From Azolla caroliniana (taxonomy: Eukaryota > Plantae > Polypodiophyta): a DNA stretch of 64,000 nucleotides. Of the stretch, positions 36,183-48,900 are shown piece after piece. The notes beneath the pieces are model-generated. The model ran no database searches. It was not told where the DNA came from and worked only from the letters and a program-made list of their open reading frames with translations. Within the stretch, counting starts at the first letter, position 1; the number at the start of each line of letters is the position of its first letter. A program made the position numbers and the translations under genes. The DNA is taken from NCBI GenBank assembly GCA_043228905.1, contig JBHGNT010000002.1:23870001-23934000 (forward strand), read 5' to 3'.

Positions 36183-39100
36183 TTGGACAACCCTAGATAT
36201 GTACAACCTAGTGTGGGTTCCATTTCTTCCAAGCATGTTAGTAGAGTCTTCTCGGCCCTAGTACAAGTTAGGACACTCAGTTGTCAACTTCAAGTCCAAG
36301 CCCTCTTAGATACTAGAGCCGATTCTTGTTTCATGGATAGAGATTTTGCCCAAAAACACCAAATATCCTTGCATACACTTCCTTGTCCAGTTTCCGTAGT
36401 AGTGATTGATGGACGCCCCATAGCTTCCGGGGAGATATTTGAAGAGTCTGAGCCAATACACATACTCTTGGGTGATTTAGGATGTGTAGTTTCCTTTAAC
36501 ATAATCCGTAGTCCTGAGCATCCAATTGTCCTTGGTTTGCCATGGTTCGAGCTACATAACCCTAGAATCGATTGGAGGAAGCGAGAAATTAGGTGCCCTT
36601 TAGCAGAAAATATCATTGTCAAGGATCGAACTCAGGATTATCCTCCTAAAGTATATAGTTCTACCAAAGCACCATATCCTTCTCATCAAATTTCAGCCAT
36701 CACATTGCAACAATTGCGCCAAGTGGGAGGCAAGGAGGACCTTTTCTTATTTGCAGTATCAGTGACACCTTCTAGTGTCACTCAAGGGAATTCAGACATC
36801 CAAATTCCCAAAAAATATCAAGACTATGCTGATGTTTTCGACAAAGTCAAAGCTAGTGTTCTTCCAAAGCATCGATCGTACGACTGTCCTATTGATCTCC
36901 AACCAGAAAAAGAGCCACCGTGGGGTCCGATTTACACTTTATCACCCACTGAGCTTGAGGTTCTTCGAGAATACATCGAGGAAAATCTTGCACATGGGTT
37001 TATTCGACATTCAAAGTCTCCAGCTGGTGCTCTTATCTTTTTTGTGAAGAAAAAGGACTGCTCCCTTCTTTTGGTCGTGGACTATCTAGGCTTAAATAAA
37101 GTCACCATAAGGAATAGGTATGCTTTACCTTTAATCTCCAATATCTTAGAATGCATTGGTGGGGCAAATCATTTTACCAAAATTGATCTAAGGGGTGCAT
37201 ATAATCTTGTTCGAATTCGGCCGGGAGATGAGTGGAAAACAGCATTTCGTACTCGGTATGGTCATTTCGAGTATACAGTCATGCCTTTCGGGCTCACAAA
37301 TGCACCTGCAGTATTCCAACATATGGAAAATGACATCTTCTGGGATTTCTTGGATATTTTTCTAATCATCTACCTAGATGATCTATTGATTTACTCTAAA
37401 ACACAGGGGGAGCATGATATACATGTGCGGCAAGTACTTGAACGCCTAAGGAAGTATGGTCTTTATGCAAAACTTGAGAAATGCAGTTTTGATTGCAAAC
37501 AAGTCAAATTTTTGGTATACACTATTTCATCCCAGGGTGTTTTCATGGACCCGGCAAAAGTCCAAACAATATTAGAATGGAAACCCCCATGCTCAATTCG
37601 GGATGTCCAGTGTTTCCTCAGATTTGCAAACTTCTATCGCAAATTCATACATAATTATTCAAGCATTGTGTTGCCCCTTACTCAACTCACTAAGAAAAAT
37701 CAAGCATTTTTTTGGAGTATCGAAGCGGACAAGGCTTTTACGCAGCTGAAAGAGGCATTCACATTAGCACCCATCCTAGCACATATTGATCCTGAAAAGC
37801 CATTTACTATTGAGGCTGATGCATCGGACTTTGCATTGGGGAGTATCCTATCGCAACCAGGCGAGGAGGGGCTGACACATCCAGTCGTGTTTCACTCGAG
37901 AAAATTTACTGTTTCAGAGATAAACTATGAGGTGCATGACAAGGAGTTACTAGCTGTGGTCGACTCATTCGAGCAATGGCGTCATTTTCTAGAAGGATCA
38001 CCTCATCAGATTATCATTTATAGTGATCACAAAAATCTCACATATTTTCAAACAGCTCGAGTATTAAATAGATGACAAGCTCGATGGGCCCAATTTCTAA
38101 CGTGTTTCGATTTCAAGATCACTTTTCGCCCCAGAAAACAACAAGGGAAAGCAAATGCTTTGTCTCGGCGTTCGTATCTAGCACTTCGACCTGGAGATCC
38201 GGCCTTTGACAATCAAAAGCAAATTCTCCTCAGGCCATCAAAGCTACAGGTAACAACAATTTATGCCATGCCACTTGATTCTACCCTTCTTGACACTATT
38301 CGGCAACAACTTCATTCGGATGATTTTGCTAAGGATGTCTTAGCCCACTGTGATTCAAGTCGTCCATCTTGCTCCACATTGCCAGGGTCATCTCAACATT
38401 ATCAGGACTTCAAGTGGCAAGATGGCTTACTCTTCTACAAGAATCTCCTTTACGTCCCCGACGGATCACCCCGACTTCAAGTGTTGGAACATTGTCCTGA
38501 TGCCCCCATGGCTGGACATTTTGGTATTTCCAAGACCATTGAGTTGGTGAAACATTCGTTTTGGTGGCCTCACTTGCAAAAATTTGTCAAAGATTATGTT
38601 CGCACTTGTGACACCTGCTGTCTCGCCAAAATACCCCGACATCACCCTTATGGCTTACTACAACCATTAGCCCCTCCCAACAAGCCATGGCAGTCTATTT
38701 CTATGGATTTCATTACGGATCTGCCACCTTCCAAAGGCTTTGATACTATTTTAACAGTAGTGGATTGGTTCACCAAGATGGCACATTTTGTACCATGTGT
38801 AAAGACCATCAATAGTGAAGAAACTGCAGATCTCATTATGCGTGAAGTGTTTCGCCATCATGGTCTCCCGAATGATATTATTAGCGATCGAGGTCCTCAA
38901 TTTATCTCACTTTTGGAAGCACCTATGGGCAAGCCTCAAAATCTCTTGCAAACTCTCTTCGGCTTATCATCCACAAACTGACGGACAAACAGAGCGCACA
39001 AATCAAACGCTTGAGCAATATCTTCGATGTTTCATTAGTTATCAACAAGATGATTGGAGTAATATTTTACATCTTGCCGAGTTTGCATACAACAACACGG

Positions 39101-39790
39101 TCCACTCTTCTACCAAAGTTACACCTTTCTTTGCCTACACCGGCAACCACCCTCGATGGTGTATACTGGATCTTCCCGAGGTGTCACGAAACCCTAGTGC
39201 GGCGCATCACCTCCACCGACTACAACAAATCCAGTTCGAGTTATTGTCACATCTTCAGAAAGTGCAGGCACACCATAAGACCAATGCCGATCGACATCGT
39301 CTTAAGTCTCCGTTTAAGGTTGGTGACCGTGTATGGTTGCTTCGTCGTCACATCAAAACTACCCGACCGTGTGCTAAGCTTCACTATCAACGGTTAGGTC
39401 CTTTTGTCATCACGGCGTAGATTAATGATGCAACATTTCGTCTTAACCTTCCTGCACATATGCGGCTTCACCCTGTCTTTCATAGCTCTCTTTTGGAACC
39501 TTGCCGCACCTCTTTAATTCCTAATCGTGTCGTGCTAGCACCGCCTTCTGTACAACTTGTGGACGGCCCCGAATACGAGGTAGCTGCTATTCTCGATTCT
39601 AAGATTGTGCGCAATAAGCTTATTGCTTTATTATCTACTTGATTGGCTTGGCTATCCTCCGAGTGATCGCACTTGGGAACCCATCGATAACGTTTGTAAT
39701 GCTAAAGCTCTGGTCAACGACTTCCATCGTCACTATCCAAACAAACCCGGCCCAACAATGTTAACGCCGACTTCCACTCGGCGTTCTCGA
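36183..39790 (+). pseudogene. Gypsy pol of F (protease, RT, RNase H, integrase, chromodomain)
   Basis: ALLDTRAD, KIDLRGAY, YLDDLLIY, EADASDFA, ISMDFITDLP, SDRGPQF, LGPF, then chromodomain EYEVAAILDS...WLGYPPSDRTWEP. A few stops and frameshifts. Confidence 0.93.
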
Positions 39791-41446
39791 AGGAGGGATA
39801 GTGTCATGAACACATGACCATTATGGCGTCACCCGAACTTGAACCTCGAACCTTGTAATCTATACTTGAAAACCTCAACCATTAAGATAGCTTATTGTTA
39901 TATGAAACAATAAAAGCTACTTCTTGTATTACATTGATTATTGTAAAAACTCTAGATTATTCTAGAATGTTCTAGAATGTCCTAGAACATTCTAGGTCTA
40001 GAACATTCTAGAAATCTCTAAACTATTCTATAGGAACCTATAAATAAGGGCATACATGTATTCTCAAATCAATTCGAATCAACACCAGTCTTTAGCTCTC
40101 ATTACATATCTTGTATCCATTCTCTTTCTTTCTCTATCTTATACATCCATTCTTCTCTTAGTATTTCGTTCCTTTCTTCTCGTGTTCTCTAATATCCTTC
40201 TTCCATCACTCTATCTTTTATCATTGGTTCTGACAGTAGACTCCCATTCATACCTTTCGTGGGATAACCGCATTGTTAAATTCTAACCTCCACAATCGAT
40301 TAAAATGTCTATAGTTTATGTAATGTGCATCATCTACTGACATGTCGTCCTTGTATGATTGGTAAACTTCCCTTCGAGTAAAGTTATCTGACAAATGTAG
40401 TCTTCTTGTCGTAGGCATAATGTCGCACTCTTTTGAAAAATATACTTCCATCCACCTAATTGCGTGTTGCCCAATTTGACCCTTATATCTAGAACCATTT
40501 CAATCCAACGGTATCCACGATCCCTTCAAAAGACGCTCTTGAACTCGTTGCAGCCACATATTTCCAATGCTATGACCAATTTTAAAAGCAGCTCGACAAC
40601 ACTTAGTATATAGCCCAAGGAAATATTCAACCTGCGTAGAATTAGACCCTGCGTTGTGATCCATTTTAAGCTGCATATGCGAAAAAAGAAATGTGCCCTA
40701 ATCTTCCCCATTAAGCGACAAATATTTTTGTCATGTTTCACGTAACTTGGACTTTCCATAAGTTGAAAGGCAGAGATTCACACAACATGTTTTGTTCAAG
40801 TCGCAAAGAAGTTGACGATCAGAACATAAAAAATTAAATCTCTTTTCACTTACTTGTTGAGGGATTCTATTAAATGCAAGTGGTTTACTAATACTACTGT
40901 TATCTATAGAAGTATCGTGCACTTCTAAGCTTACATGAAGAGGGCCATCAACATGATCAATTGAAAAAAGAGAATTCAAGCTACTAGTAGCCTCACTTTT
41001 CTGTTTTTGACGCGAGCCTTTCGAATGTCTCTTGTAATCGTACTCTTCTATTGAGAAATACGAGTTGTTGGGCAAAGAAAAGGGGGCAATAGAAAAAAAA
41101 GACGTTCTACTTGTAGAAGAAGACATTCTCAAAACTATCAAGACAAACCTTGTGGCACTACCATCAAAGGGCTATATACCAAACTCCTCTATAGAAAAGA
41201 TTAAGGAATGTTGAATCTTTACTATATAACTATTAGAACTAGACATGAGTTATTGGTTACACTATAACACTTTTTAGGAAGAGAAATCTCAAAAACAATT
41301 AATTAAAAATTAATTTTTATTTAAAAAAAAACATTTATATATAATGAAGTTTCAAATTTCATTTTCATTATCGCGACAAAGAATCCATCCAGCTCAAAGC
41401 ACAAACTAATTTCAAGCACTCCGAAGCACTACCTCCGCCAGGCATC

Positions 41447-44400
41447 ATGAACAAGGGAAAGAAGATTGCCAGGTTAGCAATATTCTTTACAATTTTTAAG
41501 ATTCTAAAAGATGCCTTAAAGATTCCTTTTCACAATAAGCAATAATCCCCAAATATTTTGTTAACGAAACACACCATCAAATTAAAATGCACTTAAACTT
41601 CACTAGATGGTTAAGCAAAAGTCATGTCACAATCCTTAGCAGTGCAGGGGATTGTGGTTGAATCAAGGCATTCAACCAAAATCTGATGCACTACACCGGA
41701 TTTTGGTGGAAGATAGCCCTCCTTTCAACGAAAATCTGATGCACTACATCGGATTTTCGTTGAAAAATTAGGGTTTTGCAAATAGAAAATTTATGTCCCT
41801 CATCACAGTTCTCTCATCATTTTGATACTATTTTTAGTGTTTTGCATTTAATTGTTCTTTATTTTACTACTTTCTCCATCGTTTTTGTTCAAATAGTATG
41901 GTCTTGTTCGTAATTAACCTAAATAGGATGTTGTCTTAATTTCAGTGACTCTCGTCAAAAAGTTCCTTCGTTTAAACTAAAGCTTCAAACTCCAACAAAG
42001 CGAGATTCTAAATCTTTTGTCAAAGATATCTCTAGAACATGGTTGTTTACGCACCCGTATTTAACGTTTAAATACATATAGTACCTCATCATTTGTATAG
42101 TACGTACTATACCTCAATGTTGTTCAGTCAAATATCAAGTACGTTTGTCCAATACGGTATTTAACATATTTATAAAAAAACAGGTATAATACGTATTTAT
42201 AAAGAAAATGTAAGTAAAACCCTAACAAAAAGCAAAAGAAAAAAAAAAATTAGGGAAAAAGAAGCCAAAGGAAGGAAGAAAGAAGAATAGAAGAGAAGAC
42301 GATGAAGAAGATGAAGAAGATGAGAGAAAAGAAAACATAAACCTATCTTGAGTGTGATAATCGCAGAAGATAGAAGAAGAAGAAGAAGAAAACGAAGAAA
42401 AGAGAAACCTATCATGAGTGTGATAATCGTAGATGATTCCTCAATCTATGAAGGCATAATTGTAAATAATTACAATTTGAAGTAGAACATCGTGATACAC
42501 ACTTACACTGATTTATAGAATAAGGGAATGTCGACATCCATATTACTACAAGTATTTTAGGATGTGAAATGTTCAAATGTCTTATATGCATTTTAGGATG
42601 TAGAACTATATTCTACATCACAAATTTGTGTAAATATAGATGTTTTTTACAATATTATAGATATTTTTTAGAAAGGTAAATAATTTTCAAATTCTAGAAG
42701 TATTTAACGTACTATATGTAAAATACATATTTGACGTATTTGACGTATTTTATAAGTATTTAAGAAAACGTATTTAAAGTATTTTTAAATTAGGAGGCAC
42801 TATACAAGTATTAATACGTTAAATACGTATGGTATCCGTACCGTACCTAACGTACCTAACAACCTTGCTCTAGAAGAACTCTATTTGACTCAACGAGGGA
42901 TGGAGCATCTAAGTCTTCTGTTGCAACGATAAAAAATAGCAAGGGTGGGGCCCAGGAAGAGAAATCATCTGAACTTAAATATAAGAATTACCTAGAGTTA
43001 GAATGGTGTCTCTCTTATGTCGAGGAAGATGGGGTGTTGCTCCTAATAATAGCTAAGTCAGACAGTAAAGGCAAATTGGAGCTTGGAAAAACATTTAACT
43101 ATGGAGATGTAACCAAGCTAGAATATGAAGATAGTGATTCTTCAAGTATTATAATCGATGTCTCGAGCTCTATTGGCTCTAGACGATTGCGTCTTGACGA
43201 GGGAAACCTAGTAGCAGATTGTTGAAACCCCAAGTCATTACGTAAAGACATTCAAATGATGAACAACTTATTAGTTGCACTGCGGCCGTATGTGACAGGA
43301 GAAATGATGAGCGGTGTAGTACAAACTCCACTAAAAAAGTCTAGAAAGACAAATCTGGTTCATAAGAAATACAACAAACGACCACGACCCGACGAAGATG
43401 ATGAAGAGGTTTTAGAATTCGTGGAGGAAGAAGAAGAGCACCAAGTTGACGTCATGGCTCCGGGAGGTCAACTATCTTCCGGTGTATTAACGTCTGAACA
43501 AAATAAAATAAGAGAAAACTTTGTTAAGACAAAACTTGTGCGTAAGGGCAACTATTTCGTTTGCCAATTACTTCAATCCAAAGGCCTCCAATTGATCCCT
43601 TGACTGGAAGACGTCCCCTAGATATTAGAGAGCCACATGTTGTCCATGTGCAAAACATCAAGAGAAAAATGAAAATTAATCCACATGCCACTATCGTGCC
43701 ATTTTTAGTAATGGTCGATCAAGATCAATGTCCAACAATAGTAGACTTCAAGTATAGCTCTATTGATGATTATACATATTATGTAATTGGAGGATCACAT
43801 TCGACCGAAGCTCGTAGATAGCTTGTGAAAGAATACCCTCTCAACCCCTTCTTTAAGTACGCCGAATGTAAAGTATATGCAGGACTCGCTCACGAGGAGG
43901 CGAAGCTACTAGCATGGGACCATAACAATGATAATGATTATAGGCAAAAGATGCCATGCATTGAAAAGATCATATTTTTTCATCATGAGTACCTAGATGC
44001 ATTAAATCGTTTTGGCCCAAGGTTGTGGCCTGGTTTGCGTCGCCAGTGTTTACTGGAAGTGGGGAGTGCAGTGGATGAGAGCACTAAATCAAAAGGGCTA
44101 CGAAAATATGATTCCTGGTTTCAACTAGCCTTTCGGACCGAAGAGGTGTGGGATCTCCAGGAAAAAATATTTAGCATGTGGGAGTGGAAAGAGGTCAAAG
44201 AAGGGAAGGATTGATCCACAAGTTGAGATCAAATCGAAGTCAAAGGGCAAAAGCAACTTGGTAATCGAGGAGTTAGCAGAAGACATGAAACTTTTACCTT
44301 GGAGGTCATTACAGGGTATTAAAGATGATAGGCTATTAATACCGGTGCTATCTCGAGTTGTTGCCAAGGAATTTAGTTTGGACGAGATGGTTACTGAATT

Positions 44401-45929
44401 GCAAAAGTAAGGGTTTATAGTATATAATGTTTCAGGATATTTTTCTATTATTATTGATTTTTAATTTCTAATTTCATATTTATTGTATAGTCACAAGGTA
44501 TACATGAAGATTCAGGAGTTGATGATGCAAAAATTGAGTTTACCAACATGGGAAGAAGTGGAGCAAGCCTACTCGATAACTTCTTCCTACAAGGCATTGG
44601 AGGAATATTTTATTGTTTTTAGAGAACGGGTAAGTGTCATTTGAATGTTAATACATTGAAAGCTAATGTTCTCTTCTAACAACATCGACACTTGCAGAAA
44701 CCATCGAAATCAAAATAGACCAACGACAATAATGATGGTATTCCAGCTGCCTTTATCACACACTTAGAACATGCAAAGTATGAGAAGAGAATGACCAAAG
44801 GGAAAGAGATGGAACTGCCTGAGGATTCAGAGACTGTGAAGAGTTTTTTGCATAGGTCTGATCCTTATCAACAATTACATTATAGTGTATTTAATGGGGA
44901 AGTATCACAAATGCTCGATCTGTTACCGAGAAGGCACTACACTTTGCTGATAGCCGACATACCATATGGATTCCCAATTCCGGGATCAACATATGATGAT
45001 GTGCCTTTCAAGTACCCCCAAATCGAGAAGATGGTAAAGGATTTCGCCGAACTGACATTAGCCCCCTTGTGGAGGATAATCATATTCCATAGCATGGGGC
45101 AATCACTGTCAGTCACAACACCTCTAAAGTCACGTTGTCATGCCACTGAACACATGCATTGGTGTGTCACAGTTTGTTTTTAATCATTATGATACTTGTT
45201 ATTATATGTTGACATTCATACCTCTAAAACATGATTTTATTTCTTTGTAGGATTAAAACAAATATTACACGTAGCCTTGGCGATCGAATGGTTAGTGTGG
45301 TCGAACATTTTTGTGTGGGTTACTATGATTCAATAACAAAGAAGAAGGCTAGAGGACATGTCAACAAGTGTAATGTGGTCAATTATATCATGTGCCCAGC
45401 TGTCACAAAAAAATTAAGGCATGTTTCAGGTGATAAGAGTATGGTGAATCCTTATCAAAAACCTCAAATATTGATCAACCGTCTCCTAGAGCTCTTCTCG
45501 AATCCAGATGATTGGGTCCTAGACTTGTTCTCTAGCATAGGTATATAAAATATATTTACTTTGATTTCTGTTGATCAAGTTTAAGATATTAATTCATATA
45601 TATACTTTTTCGTGTTCATGTGGCTATTAGGTACTACAACAGCTTGTGCATTGAAGATGTTTCGAAACTGTGTTGCGTTGGAGAAGGACCCTGCACAAGT
45701 TAACTTCATCAAAATGAGGATCACAGGAATCTGGGACTATCCAGATCAGGATCAAAAAGTCAGAGCTAAGCACATCAATGAGACAGAGATGTTCCAAATG
45801 ACTTCACGAGAACCAATGGAACCTATTGATGAAGAAGCAAGGGAGCTTGTGGACCTAGAAGATGTAACAAATTTGAACATACATCAGATTCCGGAGAGCG
45901 TGGAGATGACACAAACGAGAATAGTCTAG
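41447..45929 (+). pseudogene. Six-exon gene: ParB/Srx-like domain fused to a beta-class N6A/N4C DNA methyltransferase (transposon cargo)
   Basis: Predicted exons 41447-41472, 41946-44406 (MITE inside), 44491-44629, 44698-45161, 45251-45540 and 45631-45929, all GT-AG and phase-compatible. Motifs YYVIGGSHSTEAR, LLIADIPYG, HW|IKTN, NPYQKP and VLDLFSSIG|TTTACA..RNCVALEKD. Three in-frame stops and about two frameshifts. Confidence 0.82.
42038..42867. mobile_element. hAT-type MITE, copy 1 (inside exon 2 of the MTase gene)
   Basis: Ends catggttgtt...aacaaccttg. 8-bp TSD CTCTAGAA. Near-identical to 49974-50802. Confidence 0.92.
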
Positions 45930-48900
45930 AACAATCAGCGCTTGAAGAGCCTAGTGTGCCAGATTTGCTTATAGATTGATTTAGATGGCATAATGTATAC
46001 TTTGAGGATTTTTTAGGCATAATGTATACCTTGACTTGATATTGTTTTTGTATATGAGAACAAAAGTAATCGTTTACCGTTTAATTTTATTCACCCATTC
46101 ATAATTTCACTTTTTAATCATTTTTTGAACTGTAATTTGTATATACATATGATTGGTCACCATGCTCTTCTCCAGTTTGGGGTATTAACATGATATTATA
46201 CTTTCTCATTTCTCCTAGCATGATTATATACATGAATTTGTGAATGTTCTTGATAATAAAAGGTTTTCAGTTAGCTGCGTTCCAAGTCTATTGGTTTCAA
46301 ATAGTATAAATGAACGTGGTACATAATTGTTACTCTTACCAATTACATTGCGATGGATTATATGACATTATTTCACGAAACTATCGATATACCCGTCCAA
46401 CAAGTGGGGGACTACTTTATTCCTCAACCCTAAACCACATATTAACATTTAGGGTTTATGTAGTTTTACTCTACAATTTGAATATGGATACCAAATAAAG
46501 ATGTTTAATATTCAACCTAGTATTCAATTGTACTCCACGATATACAAATTGACATGAAAACAAGACGTAAACAATTCACCAAATGCTTGGATTTTATTTG
46601 GTTCTATATTTCACCATCCATTCGCAAAATAGGTACACATGCATTGTACATTTTCGAAATCATGCTAAATTAGGGTACTTTTCTGCATCTCACCAACTAT
46701 GGCAAAAGAGAATACGACATATTACCTGTTTCAAATGACCCAGTGTTTCACTACAAAAAGTCACATTGTGCACGAGCAACTACGAAAACTCTGGTCTGAA
46801 TTGGAAACATCAAAGAGTCTGTAGTTGCATTAATTGATCATGGATAGGAGATCAACCTGATGTCCAATTAGCACCAGAAGGAGAAGTGTCCTATTAACAC
46901 CAATCATGGATGGAAGATTTGGGCAGTCACTAAAGAAAAAGACCTATTTGCGGCTTGTTCGGATGTGACGGTGAAGATCAGAGATGTAGAGATTGACCAA
47001 AATTTCTTTGCAAGATGAGGTCTCACATTCCGTGATCCTCGGGCAACCCTTTATCACGGCTTCATGGATGGAAACAAAGTTGCTCGATAGTGGAGAGACT
47101 TTTGCACAGATTCGGACCCAAGCGGAGGTAAAACTGTTCAATTCTTAATTGTGCCATCAAATCACGAAAGGAACAAGAGAGCACTTGTCCCAAGCAAAAA
47201 TGGATTTTTAAAGCAGGTTGTTGCGGAGTGGGGAAGTGATAGTCTGAGAAGCCCTAATACTCCACACAGGAAGAAAACTCTTGGAGCGAAACAAGTGTGA
47301 GACCACGGAAGATTAAAGAAGGAGATTGGGTGATAGTCTAGGACAGTAGTTTGGATGATCAACACACAACGATACGGAAATTCACTCGAAGGTGGTTTGG
47401 ACCATATGAGGTTCAAAAAGCATTCGACTACAATACTTACTGGCTAAGTGAGCTAGATGGAACAATACTTCGAGTGCCTATAGCGAGGAAGCGGGTGAAG
47501 ATTTTCAAGAAGCGAATTGATGATGAAACCTACTTAATCCTAGACAAAACAGACACAAAGGAGCAATCGGACAACAATCATGAAAGTGTAGAAATCGAGC
47601 ATAGTGAGCTAGATTTAATAATCGACATAGGGGAAGAGAGAGAGAGCTACGGATGAAGAAGAGTAACAAGTACCAGAAACTTCAGCACATACCGGAGGAT
47701 GTGCAAGTTTGGAGGGGGTGAGTGTCATAGTGTGTTTTGTACACTACGTAAAATATGTGTAGAGTACCCGATTGACTAAGTATAAATAAATAAAAGAGAA
47801 TACTAAAATATTTATGTTCAATGCATAGGGGAAGATTGGAACCATGTACCTCCAAGTAAACAATTTCAAGCCTTACCATTGTACTAGCACATCATGTGTA
47901 TTAATGTTATAAATTCTAGTTATACAAAAGTTCATCCCATGTGATAAGCAGAAAGAGAAAGCTATTCATGTACATCTAGTGTGCATGAAAACTTGAGTTA
48001 AAAGAAAAAGCATGATAGCGAAAGTTATTCATGTATATCTAGTGTGCATGAACACTTGAGTTAAAAAGAAAAGGTATAATGATAGAAAAAGCTAACACAT
48101 CTAGTGTGCATGAACACTCGAGTTAGAGGAAAAGCATCATGTTTGCATGTAGTAAGATATCCTTAGTCTCTCCCATCACTATATAAGGATGGGGAAGCAA
48201 ATTGTAAGTGGTTGTTGATTTTTTTCATAAGGGTTGATAAATATATTATTCTCGTGGGATTCACGAGTTTTCTATGTATTTCACTCTTTCAATCTAAATT
48301 CATATTCTTTCCTAAGCATTGATTAATACACTATACTCGTGGGATTCATGAGTTTCCTACCTTTCTTTCTTGCAATCTATTCATAACTAGACTTATCTCA
48401 AATCCTCCTCCTAATCCAAAACCCCAATAGTTCCAACCCAACTCACACAACGATCCGGCGCCGTAAGGCACGACAACGTACTTCTCCTATGACAACCACA
48501 ACAATTTCTTTGTTCGATCCCGAACAATGTGCATTCCCAGGATTTATTTTGCCGGACCCATATCTTTCATTGAGAATGACCTGCTCAAGGCCTTCTTCAA
48601 GCTTCTGATTTTCTTCGGGTCCTGTCCGACAATCAGCATGTTATCCACATACAATAGGAGGATAAGAAAATCTCCTCCATCATATTTCTTGACAAAGACG
48701 CAATGATCAACTTGTGTCTTGCCGAAACCGTGATCCACCATGAAGGAATCAAATTTTTAGTATCATTGCCGAGGTGCCTACTTTAGCCTATACAAGCTCT
48801 TCCTTAATCGGCATACCAGGTTTTCTTTACCTTTCTCCACGAATCCTTCTGGATGGTGTATGTACATCTCTTCCTCCAAATCTCCATGAAGGAAGGTAAT

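Larger units (their letters stand above)
28996..40235 (+). mobile_element. Ty3/Gypsy chromovirus F (Tcn1/Tf1-like), interrupted by Copia E
   Basis: LTRs 28996-29439 and 39802-40235 are near identical (10-bp tctagaacat indel). TSD GCAGA/GTAGA. PPT gaaggagggatag. No tRNA PBS. Confidence 0.95.
21603..41126 (-). pseudogene. Sola/DUF7869-like DDE transposase, split by Gypsy F and Copia D (pieces 40241-41126, 27288-28995, 21603-21676)
   Basis: Motifs MPTTRRLHLS, PRKV*MGVCSIC (rejoined across F), IIDGMDQKKTCLP, LYAQLDNTARENKN, F*LVGHTHDHIDQMFSRFSKKL and FWIAKI..VHWY. Stops and frameshifts are present. Confidence 0.8.
21277..46747. mobile_element. TIR DNA transposon (Sola-like) carrying a transposase and a ParB-methyltransferase gene
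   Basis: ~37-bp TIRs at 21277-21313 and 46711-46747 (AACACYGGSTCATTTGAAACMGGTAATATGTCGYATT, 4 mismatches). 4-bp TSD TCAC at 21273-21276 and 46748-46751. Removing it restores G's frame (EIPNSH|YKKSHCARATT). Confidence 0.9.
19054..48475 (+). mobile_element. Non-autonomous Ty3/Gypsy element G (tRNA-Trp PBS; gag, protease, integrase C-terminus only)
   Basis: LTRs 19054-19793 and 47723-48475 (TG...CA). 4-bp TSD ACGT. PBS tggtgaacccgacgtgaa at 19798-19815. PPT ggagggggtgag. Knuckle CIRCDSTEHDWKDC, protease ALIDHG ~46830, RRWFGPYEV ~47390. Confidence 0.9.

Noticed and set aside
42197-42415. Hydrophobic 72-aa ORF (also 50071-50366)
   Set aside because: Antisense reading of the MITE's (GAA)n-rich tract.
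41447-45929. Bacterial contamination or a restriction-modification system as the source of the MTase
   Set aside because: The gene has phase-compatible spliceosomal introns, is nested among plant retroelements with intact TSDs, and has no adjacent endonuclease.
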